A stretch of DNA of 64,000 nt, taken from Candidatus Heimdallarchaeota archaeon (GTDB lineage Archaea; Asgardarchaeota; Heimdallarchaeia; Heimdallarchaeales; Heimdallarchaeaceae). A program made the translations under genes and the position numbers. Positions within the stretch are counted from its first letter, which is position 1, and every line of letters starts with the position of its first letter. The notes under the pieces are model-generated. The model ran no database searches. It saw nothing but the letters and a program-made list of their open reading frames with translations, and was not told the DNA's origin. Shown here one piece after another: positions 19,961-29,030 of the stretch. Location: assembly GCA_030603365.1 (NCBI GenBank), contig JAUVXV010000001.1, forward strand, positions 224,001 through 288,000, given 5' to 3'.

Positions 19961-20054
19961 TATTCTTCTGAAATTCAGAAGTCATTCTTTTTTTTCATTC
20001 TAATTATTGGAATGAATAGAATGATATATAAGTGTCTGACGTAGCGTAGAAAAT

Positions 20055-20142
20055 CAGGTGTAGGAAGGAATATTGAAATTAGTCCGTCCAACGTCTTGCA
20101 AAAAGAATCTCAAGAAACCTTCCGCACCAATATTCCTTCTCA
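20055..20142. ncRNA. Candidate structured sRNA (12-bp closing stem)
   Basis: GAAGGAATATTG 20064-20075 / CAATATTCCTTC 20128-20139, inner TCTTG/CAAGA stem; no ORF; TATA-like elements face it from both sides. Confidence 0.5.
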
Positions 20143-20279
20143 AATAGAAATTTATTTGAATTTTTTAAGTGTTTGTGCGTTTTCTCAGTATTCTAACAAT
20201 ATTACATACTATTAATAAACAAATTTAATTCTGGTTATATGGTTACGTGAGCGTAGCTTTGAATTGAAAAGGTGATTCT

Positions 20280-20459
20280 ATGGAAGAAATAAAGAGAGAA
20301 GATTTACTTCGACAATTAAAAGAAAAAGCCGACCCTCAAGTCCTCATTAATGATGATGCAGTTGATTTTGTTCTATGGAAGTTAAATGAAATAAAACAAG
20401 AAATAGGGTTGCGATTAAAGAGCAGAGAGGAAAGAACTCCTCTGAAGGATAGTGCCTGA
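20280..20459 (+). CDS. Small protein (59 aa), possible divergent histone fold; not in the ORF track
   Basis: MEEIKREDLLRQLKEKADPQVLINDDAVDFVLWKLNEIKQEIGLRLKSREERTPLKDSA; SD AGGTGA 20270-20275. Confidence 0.65.
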   Translation: MEEIKREDLLRQLKEKADPQVLINDDAVDFVLWKLNEIKQEIGLRLKSREERTPLKDSA

Positions 20460-20499
20460 ACGATTCAAATCTTATAAATAAGTACTGTTTTTTGGGTTT

Positions 20500-21702
20500 A
20501 TGGATTCGTTACTAGAACCAATAGAATATATTTGTAAAACATTCGGTCCTCGAATTACTGGAACAGAAGCTGATCTGAAAGCTTGTGATTACATAGAGGA
20601 GAAATTTAAAACTTACACATCAAACGTAACAACAGAATCTTTCCCTGTTGTAGGTAGGGCTTTACAAAATCTTACTCTTTTTCTAGTCTGGGGATATTGT
20701 ATTTCAGTAATCTGTTATTTCTTTATTGCACCTTTAGCTACAATTCTTGCACTATTAATGCTTATTATCTATTATTTTGCAAGATTTAAAGATAAGAATC
20801 TGATTAATCTGATGGTAAAGAAGGATGAATCACGGAATATCATTGCTCAGTTTGATTCTACTGAGAAAAAGAAGACTACTTTAATTTTTTCTGGTCATCA
20901 TGATTCGGCTTTTCATATGCCATTATTTGAGAAGAAAGTGAAACAAATAGTCTTTATTCAGAACAGTGCAATTTTAGGAATTGTATTTTTAGTTATATCA
21001 AGCATCTGGAAAACAATCTACTTTATACCACAAATTAACCCACCACTGTTTTTATTCTCATATAATCTAGGTACGCTTACTGTCAGCTGGTTTGTTTTTC
21101 CTGATGTTTTGTTTATCCTAGCATTGATCGGTCTAGTTTTTGGTTTTTATTTCATGAAAAATATGGTGACAAATACACCTGTTATGGGAGCAAATGATAA
21201 TCTAACTTCGGTTAGTATGCTTTTCGCATTAGGTGAACATCTAAAGAAGAATCCCCCTAAAAACGTTGAAATTAGGCTAATTTCATTTGGGGCTGAAGAG
21301 CCAGGATTAGTTGGAAGTAAACTTTATGTTGATAAACGAGTTCAAGAGTTAGATGATACAATCAATATAAATTTTGAAACACTAGGACGAGGTAAATTAG
21401 GAATTATTCTGAAAGAGAAAGATAATAATGTAAACCATGATGAGAAACTAGTATTTCATCTTCAAGCAATTGGAAAAAAACATGGTTTTGATGTACCAGT
21501 AAAAACAATTCATTTTGGTAATACTGATGCTGGAAGTTTTTCAAAAAAGAAGATACCTGCAACTACTTTATATTGCTTTGGAGAGGGAGGTTTATTTGCT
21601 TTATGGCATTCAACAGAAGATGTTCCAGAGAATATAGATGAAAAATTAATGCAAAAAGCATTTGATCTAATAATAAAAATTATAGAAGAATATGATCAAT
21701 AA
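20500..21702 (+). CDS. M28 family metallopeptidase with inserted TM helices
   Basis: FGPRITGT, SGHHDS, GANDN, GAEEPGLVGS, TDAGSF, WHSTED. Confidence 0.88.
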   Translation: MDSLLEPIEYICKTFGPRITGTEADLKACDYIEEKFKTYTSNVTTESFPVVGRALQNLTLFLVWGYCISVICYFFIAPLATILALLMLIIYYFARFKDKNLINLMVKKDESRNIIAQFDSTEKKKTTLIFSGHHDSAFHMPLFEKKVKQIVFIQNSAILGIVFLVISSIWKTIYFIPQINPPLFLFSYNLGTLTVSWFVFPDVLFILALIGLVFGFYFMKNMVTNTPVMGANDNLTSVSMLFALGEHLKKNPPKNVEIRLISFGAEEPGLVGSKLYVDKRVQELDDTININFETLGRGKLGIILKEKDNNVNHDEKLVFHLQAIGKKHGFDVPVKTIHFGNTDAGSFSKKKIPATTLYCFGEGGLFALWHSTEDVPENIDEKLMQKAFDLIIKIIEEYDQ

Positions 21703-21717
21703 AGAATAAAGATCATA

Positions 21718-22785
21718 TTAGTTCTTCTTTTTTAACTTTAGTAACTCTTTTTCCTTTATTAGTTGAACAAGTTTCTTAATTGAGTATAGGAGTAATTCAA
21801 CAACTATGAATATGCCATAAATATATCCAAAAAGTGTGCCTAAAAGTTGACCAAGCACTCCACTAGAATACATACTTTCAAACATTTCACCGATTTTTAT
21901 TAGAGGAAAGAAAGCAATGTACGAAGGATTTAGTGGATGTTCAATAGGATAAGATGAAGAAATTCCTGTAAAAATAAATCCTGTCCTTCTGGCCTTTATT
22001 TCTGCAAAAATAGCTTCTTCTGTAAACTCTGTTGCATTTAGTGTTGTCCAACAGTATACCTCTTCAGGTGCGTGCATATCTGTTCCAGTAATCATTCCTA
22101 CTCCATTATCTAAGCAGAAATAGTAAGATTCATTGTCGTAAACATTTCCGTTAACAATCTCAATATAGTCAATACCCCAGTTGAATAGCTCCTGACGGGT
22201 TGGATGATTTGTTGTATAGTCTTGTGACCATGGAATATGATTAACTGTAACAACACCTCCCAAATCATGAGTTGCTTGAATAAAGTCCTGCATCTCCTCA
22301 TCAGTAGGAGTATAAGTATAGGTTTCAAAAGTGATTAACGTTTCATATTGAACTTGAGTAACATTCGGAGGAAGTATAATATTCATGTGAATTCTATCGG
22401 TGGTCCATTCAAGACCTACAAATACTTTGATAGTATCATTAAATTCTTCTCTAGCGATCTGTTTTATTTCTTCAACATTGTCAAAGGTATTATGGTCTGT
22501 CAAAACCATAGCATTGAAACCCATGGAAATATGCCATAGTAAATTCTGTCTAGGAGTCAGAAATCCATCAGATGCAAGAGTGTGAGAATGGGGGTCTAGA
22601 AGAATATTCCAATTCGAAACATTATATTCGGGAACATAACTAAAATCATCCCAATCTGTATCTGTATACTTATACTTTGGATGACCTTCAAAAGCAAAGG
22701 GTATAGAACTACCAATTAAAACCCAAGTTATAATATTTAAGACTACAAAATGTCTCAAATATACCATAGATGCTCCTTTTTTCAT
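21718..22785 (-). CDS. Membrane-anchored PHP-domain metallohydrolase
   Basis: DPHSHT..SDG, TDHN, GLEWT..H, NH, GTDMH; N- and C-terminal TM helices. Confidence 0.85.
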   Translation of the reverse strand: MKKGASMVYLRHFVVLNIITWVLIGSSIPFAFEGHPKYKYTDTDWDDFSYVPEYNVSNWNILLDPHSHTLASDGFLTPRQNLLWHISMGFNAMVLTDHNTFDNVEEIKQIAREEFNDTIKVFVGLEWTTDRIHMNIILPPNVTQVQYETLITFETYTYTPTDEEMQDFIQATHDLGGVVTVNHIPWSQDYTTNHPTRQELFNWGIDYIEIVNGNVYDNESYYFCLDNGVGMITGTDMHAPEEVYCWTTLNATEFTEEAIFAEIKARRTGFIFTGISSSYPIEHPLNPSYIAFFPLIKIGEMFESMYSSGVLGQLLGTLFGYIYGIFIVVELLLYSIKKLVQLIKEKELLKLKKKN

Positions 22786-22898
22786 TAAAATCAGATTGGT
22801 TGTTGAAGGGGTTTGTAAAAAAGTTTTGGCTAAGTTAGGCGAAACAAAAACACTAGCAAATCTCTACTAGTATTTTGATTTAAGATTATAACTATGAT

Positions 22899-23303
22899 TT
22901 AAATTACTAAATCTGTGGATAGGTTGTTACAATAGATTGTCCAGTTACCAAAGAATAAGATAATCGAAATAGTAATGTTGAGATAAGTTACTATAGCTAA
23001 ACATACTTCATTTCTTGGACGATGAAAAGCATTGATGTTGATTTTTACTATATTTTCATTTTCCAACAACTTAATACTGTAATCTTTAAATGAAGAGCAA
23101 GAATTTGGGAAGAGTAAAGAGACATTTAGATTGCATTGAATATATATGTCAGGTTCACCAACAACTTCTACAGAGTCAATCACAATTGATGTAACAAGAG
23201 CAGGTTTAGTATATGGTGTGAGATAGAAAACAGGAAAGAAAATAGATGGAAAAACAACAATAAAAGCCATAAAACATATTAAAATTACTCTACTTTTACG
23301 CAT
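22899..23303 (-). CDS. Small membrane-anchored/secreted beta-rich protein
   Basis: N-terminal hydrophobic helix, Cys-containing beta-strand pattern. Confidence 0.55.
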   Translation of the reverse strand: MRKSRVILICFMAFIVVFPSIFFPVFYLTPYTKPALVTSIVIDSVEVVGEPDIYIQCNLNVSLLFPNSCSSFKDYSIKLLENENIVKININAFHRPRNEVCLAIVTYLNITISIILFFGNWTIYCNNLSTDLVI

Positions 23304-23395
23304 CAGACTATTTTATAGCATTTTGAGTTATAAATCTTCTTCTAAATAAACTACAAATTCATGCAAAACCATTTTGATGTAAGGTTAAAAGAAAG

Positions 23396-23537
23396 TGGTA
23401 GCGCCGACTAGACTTGAACTAGTGATCTTCGGGTTTCAGAGTCCAAAATCCACGAATTCTGAACTTATGAGCCCGACGGGTTTTCCATGCTTAGGGATTA
23501 TGAGGAAGATCATCCGCATAATTTACCCCACGGCGCT
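23396..23537 (-). tRNA. Initiator tRNA-Met(CAU) with two introns (33 nt at 14/15, 23491-23523; 31 nt at 37/38, 23435-23465), CCA encoded
   Basis: Spliced: AGCGCCG TG GGGT AGCATGGAAA ACCC G TCGGG CT CAT AA CCCGA AGATC ACTAG TTCAAGT CTAGT CGGCGCT A CCA; A1:U72 and three G:C pairs in the anticodon stem mark an initiator. Confidence 0.92.
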
Positions 23538-23686
23538 AGTTCTATGCAAATTCTTTTTCTGCTAATCTTTTAAATCTTTGTTTAGCGTAGAACTATCCTT
23601 AAGATAAACATAAAATATATTATTTATTTCCAAGTCTGAATTATGTGAAATTTATAGATGTGCTTCAAATCTCATTAGTAGTAGAG

Positions 23687-25294
23687 TTATAGTTTTCTCA
23701 GACGTTTTCGTAGATTTGTACTTATACTACTTAAGCCTAGAAATGCGAACAACGTTATTAGTATCGTAATAGATGATCCTTCAGTGTTTTCACCAGTAGT
23801 TTCAGTTATTGTCACACATTCATAATCATAGACAAATGGGTAAGGATCAGTATTGTTGTCTTTTCCGTCTATTTGATACTCTCCTATTCCTTCATGATCG
23901 TTCCAATAATTCCCTTCATCTGTTGCGCTTTCATACCATCTATTGTTGTACCCCTCATCATATGCCTGAGAATAACCATGCTCTGTACCATCTCTGTTGT
24001 TGCAGATGAAGTAATTATGATGAATTTTATTCCAAGTTGACACTTCATAAATATAAATGCCATAGTCAATATTTCTAGTTAGTACATTGTATGAGATTGT
24101 CGAAAAATCTGTTTCTCTTATAATAATTCCATTAATGTTGTTGTTACAGGTATTATTTGAAAGAATAATAGAATTCGCAATCCAAAGACGTATGCCTATA
24201 TCATTGTTATAACATAGATTAATACTTACAGAAGAGATACTTCTAAAAATATCAATTCCATAACTGTTATTAAACACCGAGTTACTCATTACATAGTTTG
24301 ACGTACTCAGAAGTACATCAATACCTGTTTGTATGTTATAACTACAAATGTTTTCAGTTATCATAGAATAGGAATCATCAGTAATATAAAGACCAGTAAA
24401 ACCGAAACTGCAGTTATTTTCTTTAACGGTCATTGTTCTAGAATGCTCAAGTTTAATACCATAATGACTCCTTAGACAAACATTGTTATGGATTACTATA
24501 GTATTAGAGTAAAATGCATAAATTCCATAATATGATTTATTACAGAGATTATTGGAAATGGAACTTGCACTCGAGCTTAGAAAACTTAATCCCCAAACGT
24601 TATTAACTAAAGTATTGTTATTTGCGTCTATTATACTAGAATACAATATATGAATGCCAGAATTGGAATTATTATAACAATAATTTTTGTATATTTGAAA
24701 ATTCATAGTTTCATACAATGCAATCCCAAAATCATTTTCATAACATTCATTATCCCCGATATATCCGTTATCAGAGAAATACACTACTATACCTGAAGCA
24801 CTTCCACCACATTTGTTATTTGATATATTAACATTATCTGTTGAGTAAACATAGATTCCATACCATTCTCTCCCATGACAAACATTATTGTTAATTTCAA
24901 TTGTATCTGAAGTTATATTACTTAGACTTATTGCGGATATTTGTGAAGTAATCACACAATTTTGAATTATGAAGTTTTTTGAGACATTGGTGATAAAAAT
25001 TCCGAATTCCAGATTTGTTTCAATAGTTATATATTGAATAAGATATGGATTTTGTATTGTTCCATTTCCAGAAAATCCATAGAAATCAAAATCTACATCA
25101 TCCATAATTATTATAGGTTCAGTGATGGAATTTTTAATTCTGTTTACGTTACCAAAAGTTTGGTATGGTTCTATTTTATAATTTAATGTCTCATTCGGTA
25201 AAATAATTGATTGATTCATACCAGTTGAAAATAGAATTGTAAAAGTAGAAATGATTAACCAGAAATTAATGAGATAATAGTACTTCTTTCTCAT
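23687..25294 (-). CDS. Cell-surface parallel beta-helix (NosD/CASH) protein
   Basis: Signal peptide, GNGTIQNPYLI, repeated NNxCxxNxxGIxL, GNYWND..DPYP, C-terminal TM anchor. Confidence 0.88.
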   Translation of the reverse strand: MRKKYYYLINFWLIISTFTILFSTGMNQSIILPNETLNYKIEPYQTFGNVNRIKNSITEPIIIMDDVDFDFYGFSGNGTIQNPYLIQYITIETNLEFGIFITNVSKNFIIQNCVITSQISAISLSNITSDTIEINNNVCHGREWYGIYVYSTDNVNISNNKCGGSASGIVVYFSDNGYIGDNECYENDFGIALYETMNFQIYKNYCYNNSNSGIHILYSSIIDANNNTLVNNVWGLSFLSSSASSISNNLCNKSYYGIYAFYSNTIVIHNNVCLRSHYGIKLEHSRTMTVKENNCSFGFTGLYITDDSYSMITENICSYNIQTGIDVLLSTSNYVMSNSVFNNSYGIDIFRSISSVSINLCYNNDIGIRLWIANSIILSNNTCNNNINGIIIRETDFSTISYNVLTRNIDYGIYIYEVSTWNKIHHNYFICNNRDGTEHGYSQAYDEGYNNRWYESATDEGNYWNDHEGIGEYQIDGKDNNTDPYPFVYDYECVTITETTGENTEGSSITILITLFAFLGLSSISTNLRKRLRKL

Positions 25295-25372
25295 AGGGTA
25301 TCACATAGAATTTTAGGTTTTATAATCTTTTTCAAGATTTTAAAGAAAAAAGAAAATGGTTTGACTTTCATT

Positions 25373-26417
25373 TTACAGCCAATCCGTTGAAAGTGTTTCT
25401 CGCATATTAGCAAATTGATACAAATCGTCAGGACCAATTACAGCAAGTGCATAGTCATAAGTTTCTTCTTTTGCATAATAGAAAGCATCGGTTTCATTAT
25501 AACCTAAGTGCAAACCCTCAAAGAAGAAGTGCGTAAATGCACCGCCCCAAGCTCCTTGGTCACCATCACTTTCATTATATCTCGTCCCATTTACTCCATA
25601 CCATCTTGCTGCTTGTGTAAAATTAGCAGCTGTCGCAGCAAAAAATGGGTCATTTTGATGTTCTGGTTTCTCAAATTCAAGTATGAAATCGCCACTATGA
25701 CATGCTTCAATTAAGAAGATAATGTCTGAAGCTTCTAATTCAGCTAATTTATCTATGAAATCCGCAGCTGTAAAATTAATGTTTTGATTCTCCATAGTTT
25801 GATAATAAAGATAGGAATGCCATTCCCTATTAGGAATAATACCCGTTAATCTATTATCACCATGTGTTATAACATATATGAAAACTAGAGAGAATGAACT
25901 TTCATATGTGTCAAGATCATCTATCGCATCTTCCCAATATGATGCGTTTTCATAGTATAAGACATCTGTAAAACTTTCATTGTAAATTAAATCATCTCTT
26001 AATTCGTCTATAACTGTTCTATTAGCAACATCGGATGCCCATAAAAAAAGAGCAGCTTTACCATAAAGTGTTAAATCTTCTTCATGTTCTGCATTTGTGA
26101 TGAGAACATATTTGCTAGTAAACTTATACCCATCTTTTTCTATGCTTATCGAGTAGAATTTGAGTTTAACTGTAGTCCAAGTGAACTCATAATATCCATT
26201 AGAATCCGTATAATCTGTCCTTTTTGCTGAACCATCTTCTAATAATTGTACTTTCACTCCACTTACTGCTTCAAGTGACCAATTTAAGTAAACTGTTCCA
26301 TTGAAGTCTACTGACCCATAATATAGAGCTGCTTCTGCGTGATTCAAGTTTCCATAAAATGTTGGTACTGCAACTTAATACCAACACTAGTATTACTATT
26401 TTAATGCTTTTTTTCAT
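25373..26417 (-). pseudogene. Secreted clan CD (caspase/legumain-like) cysteine peptidase with N-terminal carboxypeptidase-regulatory-like domain; +1 frameshift in the signal peptide
   Basis: His-Cys dyad VITHG ... IEACHSG, GAFTHFF; ATG 26417 gives MKKSIKIVILVLVL, then one extra base near 26375-26377 separates it from VAVPTFYGNLNHAEA/ALYYG. Confidence 0.7.
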
Positions 26418-26603
26418 TATTTTTCTACCATCCATAGTAGGTAACTAGCAGACGATTTTTCACTATTTAAAACAAAAGAAAATTAACCGACAAAATAACT
26501 TCTATTTGTAACTTAAGGTAGATTGTAATACAGCACTTTTTCTATAATTCACCTTCTCTGAATTATGGAATACATTTTTTAATAACAGTTAGTTTTATAT
26601 CTT

Positions 26604-26662
26604 GATGAGTGGGATTGGAATTCTCTACCATCCATAGTAAGGGTTCTTATTCCCACCTCATC
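26604..26662 (+). ncRNA. Candidate antisense hairpin sRNA carrying a 16-nt complement of the neighbouring gene's leader
   Basis: GATGAG/CTCATC, TGGGA/TCCCA and GGAATTC/GGGTTCT stems (G-U pairs favour the + strand); apex TCTACCATCCATAGTA (26624-26639) is identical to 26424-26439. Confidence 0.6.
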
Positions 26663-26743
26663 CTTATAGAATTATCCATTATAACCTTTGAATCTCTCTT
26701 TCCTGTCTGATGGGTCAAAACTAATTGCTCTTTCAATTAGAAG

Positions 26744-28087
26744 CTAGTTAGTTTGTATTTTGACTTTTATCCCTTTCTTAACTAAATTTTTAAAAAAGAT
26801 TCTCTCAAAAACCGGTTCTTCAATTACTCTTCCAAAATTAATGATTAACTTATCTTTGTAGCTTACCATAGCTGTTCCAACTTTATTCACTGGTACTTGT
26901 GCAGGAACGAATTCAAACTCTTCAATATATTTTTCCAGTTCCTCAGGAACCGTTACTTTTCCCAAGTTGGTTAGAACAGTCGAGTATTGAGTTGTACCTA
27001 TCCGAAAATATCCTTTTTGACCAAAAAACTTCTTTACCGCCAAAGGTGTCAAACGCAAGAACATCATGTTTTCATTTGATACGTTCTTGTGAATATAAGT
27101 CATGAAATACTTTGGATTAACTTCCTTCTTCATATAGTGGTGAACTTGCTTAACTATCTCCTCAAAAGAATAATAACCCAATCTGGGGTCGATTCCTGGA
27201 GTTACATAAAGAGAAAAATTTCTCATTGTTTGGGACGAATAAATATTTCGTAGGTTCACTGGAACCATTACTCGAATAGGCCGAATATATTTCCTCCTCA
27301 GTTTTTCTGGAAAATTAAAAACTAATTCATGCAATGATTCAATAAGTATTGCAGCTATATACTCTGTTAGACTTATTTTGAGTTCTTTTGCTTTTTCTAG
27401 TACTTGTTTAACTGATATTATTCCTTTAGTAATATGATATCTGCCAACTTTTATCCTTTTGAAAGGTAGACGGAATGCCTTAACATCTAATTTACGACTT
27501 GTGTTGATTTTCTTATCGAATCTCCTGTATGCATCCTCATATTCCTCTAGAGTTGGGGATTGATCTGGTCTGAATATATCCTTCCAGTCTTTAACTGTGA
27601 CTCCTTTGAGATTAAGATATTCTCCCAATAATGCTTTCAGGAAAGTTATGCCTCCTGTACCATCAGTTAAACAATGATGAAATTCAACAGCAATTCTTCT
27701 TTTGTAAACCTTCACGCGAAAAGGGAATACGCCTTTTTGTGTTATGGGCATGAATTCATTCGGATATTTCGTGTCCCTCATAATCTTCGGATATGACATA
27801 TTAGTTTCCCAAAAATGCCAAAAGAATCCTGTTTTCAGATTAACTCTAAAAAATGGGAAGCGAACTATTATCCGATTAAGAGCTTTCTGTAAAATAGTAA
27901 TATTAACTGGTTCTTTTAGGGTTACTGCTAATCGAAAAACTTGAGGTATTCTTGGAGAAGCAATTAAGCTGAATCCAGTGGCTGCATTTTCTAGTCGATG
28001 CCATTCCTTATCCCTCTCACTCATACCTATTTGTAAATTCTTCTTTGTAGCTAAGGATTGACTAGAGGATGTAGGATTTCCTGTCAC
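26744..28087 (-). CDS. CoA-dependent acyltransferase (alcohol acetyltransferase/condensation-like)
   Basis: HHCLTDG (HxxxD), PVNLR..TMRNFS, TNLG. Confidence 0.85.
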   Translation of the reverse strand: MTGNPTSSSQSLATKKNLQIGMSERDKEWHRLENAATGFSLIASPRIPQVFRLAVTLKEPVNITILQKALNRIIVRFPFFRVNLKTGFFWHFWETNMSYPKIMRDTKYPNEFMPITQKGVFPFRVKVYKRRIAVEFHHCLTDGTGGITFLKALLGEYLNLKGVTVKDWKDIFRPDQSPTLEEYEDAYRRFDKKINTSRKLDVKAFRLPFKRIKVGRYHITKGIISVKQVLEKAKELKISLTEYIAAILIESLHELVFNFPEKLRRKYIRPIRVMVPVNLRNIYSSQTMRNFSLYVTPGIDPRLGYYSFEEIVKQVHHYMKKEVNPKYFMTYIHKNVSNENMMFLRLTPLAVKKFFGQKGYFRIGTTQYSTVLTNLGKVTVPEELEKYIEEFEFVPAQVPVNKVGTAMVSYKDKLIINFGRVIEEPVFERIFFKNLVKKGIKVKIQTN

Positions 28088-28108
28088 CTATTTTCAACTC
28101 TTTTTCTT

Positions 28109-28861
28109 CTAAATTCTGAATCTCTTCTTTATCCCAGCAACTTTTTGTAAATCTACAACTCGTGCAATCCTATAATGGACATATAGTAAAAATCCTCCAA
28201 CTAGAGTTAATGGGATAGCTACATAAAGGGACCAGGCCAATACTAATTGACCTGCTAAGAAGCTCGCAATTGTAAGATCAAGACCTAAATTTAGTAAAGC
28301 AATACCAAACATAACATAAGCAGCAGTGTTGAATCCTTTCTTTTTCGATTTCATTGAAATTAATACTACTAGACTGACAATTATTGACGTAAACCCTATA
28401 ATCGGTAAAGCTAATTTATATAACCAATCAAATTTCCAGTTATCAAAGAAATCTATCAATGTTAGGAATACCATTAGAGAAAGAACCTCTCCAGCTACAA
28501 TCAAAATAGGTCTATCTGTTAATAATAATGGAAAGGTTACTAACGCCCAGGCTAGAAACAAAGCAGCCATAGGAAACTTTGCCCAAACTAGTCTTGCGTT
28601 GTGATCAATTGCTATGTTGATGATCATAACTATTAGAAAGGGGACCGCAAGAGAAACACTTACTATCTCCCACGCAACCAATCGCTTTTGTTTTTTATCC
28701 ATTTTAGTTTCTAGTAATGTTTCTTCTTCTTGAGGATAATCTTGAACACCTTCGTCTATTGGTTCTCCCTTTTTGTGTATTGAAGATAAACACAATGGAC
28801 AATTTACCACTGCTGAATCAACTTCAACACCACAATTAATACAGTATGCCATTTCATTCAC
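28109..28861 (-). CDS. Zinc-ribbon + multi-TM membrane protein (DUF6320-like), partner of the acyltransferase
   Basis: YCINCGVE..CPLC followed by about 6 TM helices. Confidence 0.75.
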   Translation of the reverse strand: MNEMAYCINCGVEVDSAVVNCPLCLSSIHKKGEPIDEGVQDYPQEEETLLETKMDKKQKRLVAWEIVSVSLAVPFLIVMIINIAIDHNARLVWAKFPMAALFLAWALVTFPLLLTDRPILIVAGEVLSLMVFLTLIDFFDNWKFDWLYKLALPIIGFTSIIVSLVVLISMKSKKKGFNTAAYVMFGIALLNLGLDLTIASFLAGQLVLAWSLYVAIPLTLVGGFLLYVHYRIARVVDLQKVAGIKKRFRI

Positions 28862-29030
28862 TAATGCTCATTTTATTCTGATACAATCCAGACAGCTACA
28901 ACTCTTTAAATAATGTTTCCTCGAAACGAAAAGTTGTTAGTATGTTCTCTTTCAATGAACTATTTTTAAACATCCTTCTACATGCAACAGACTGAAAATC
29001 ATACAAAAACAACATAAAGATTTCTGTCTT

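Noticed and set aside
26408-26414. A7 tract after the peptidase ATG as a phase-variation slip site
   Set aside because: Deleting one A gives ATG AAA AAA GCA TTA AAA TAG (stop), so it does not restore the frame
17688-26700. Integrated element at tRNA-iMet
   Set aside because: No integrase and no duplicated tRNA 3' end found, although the gene content looks accessory
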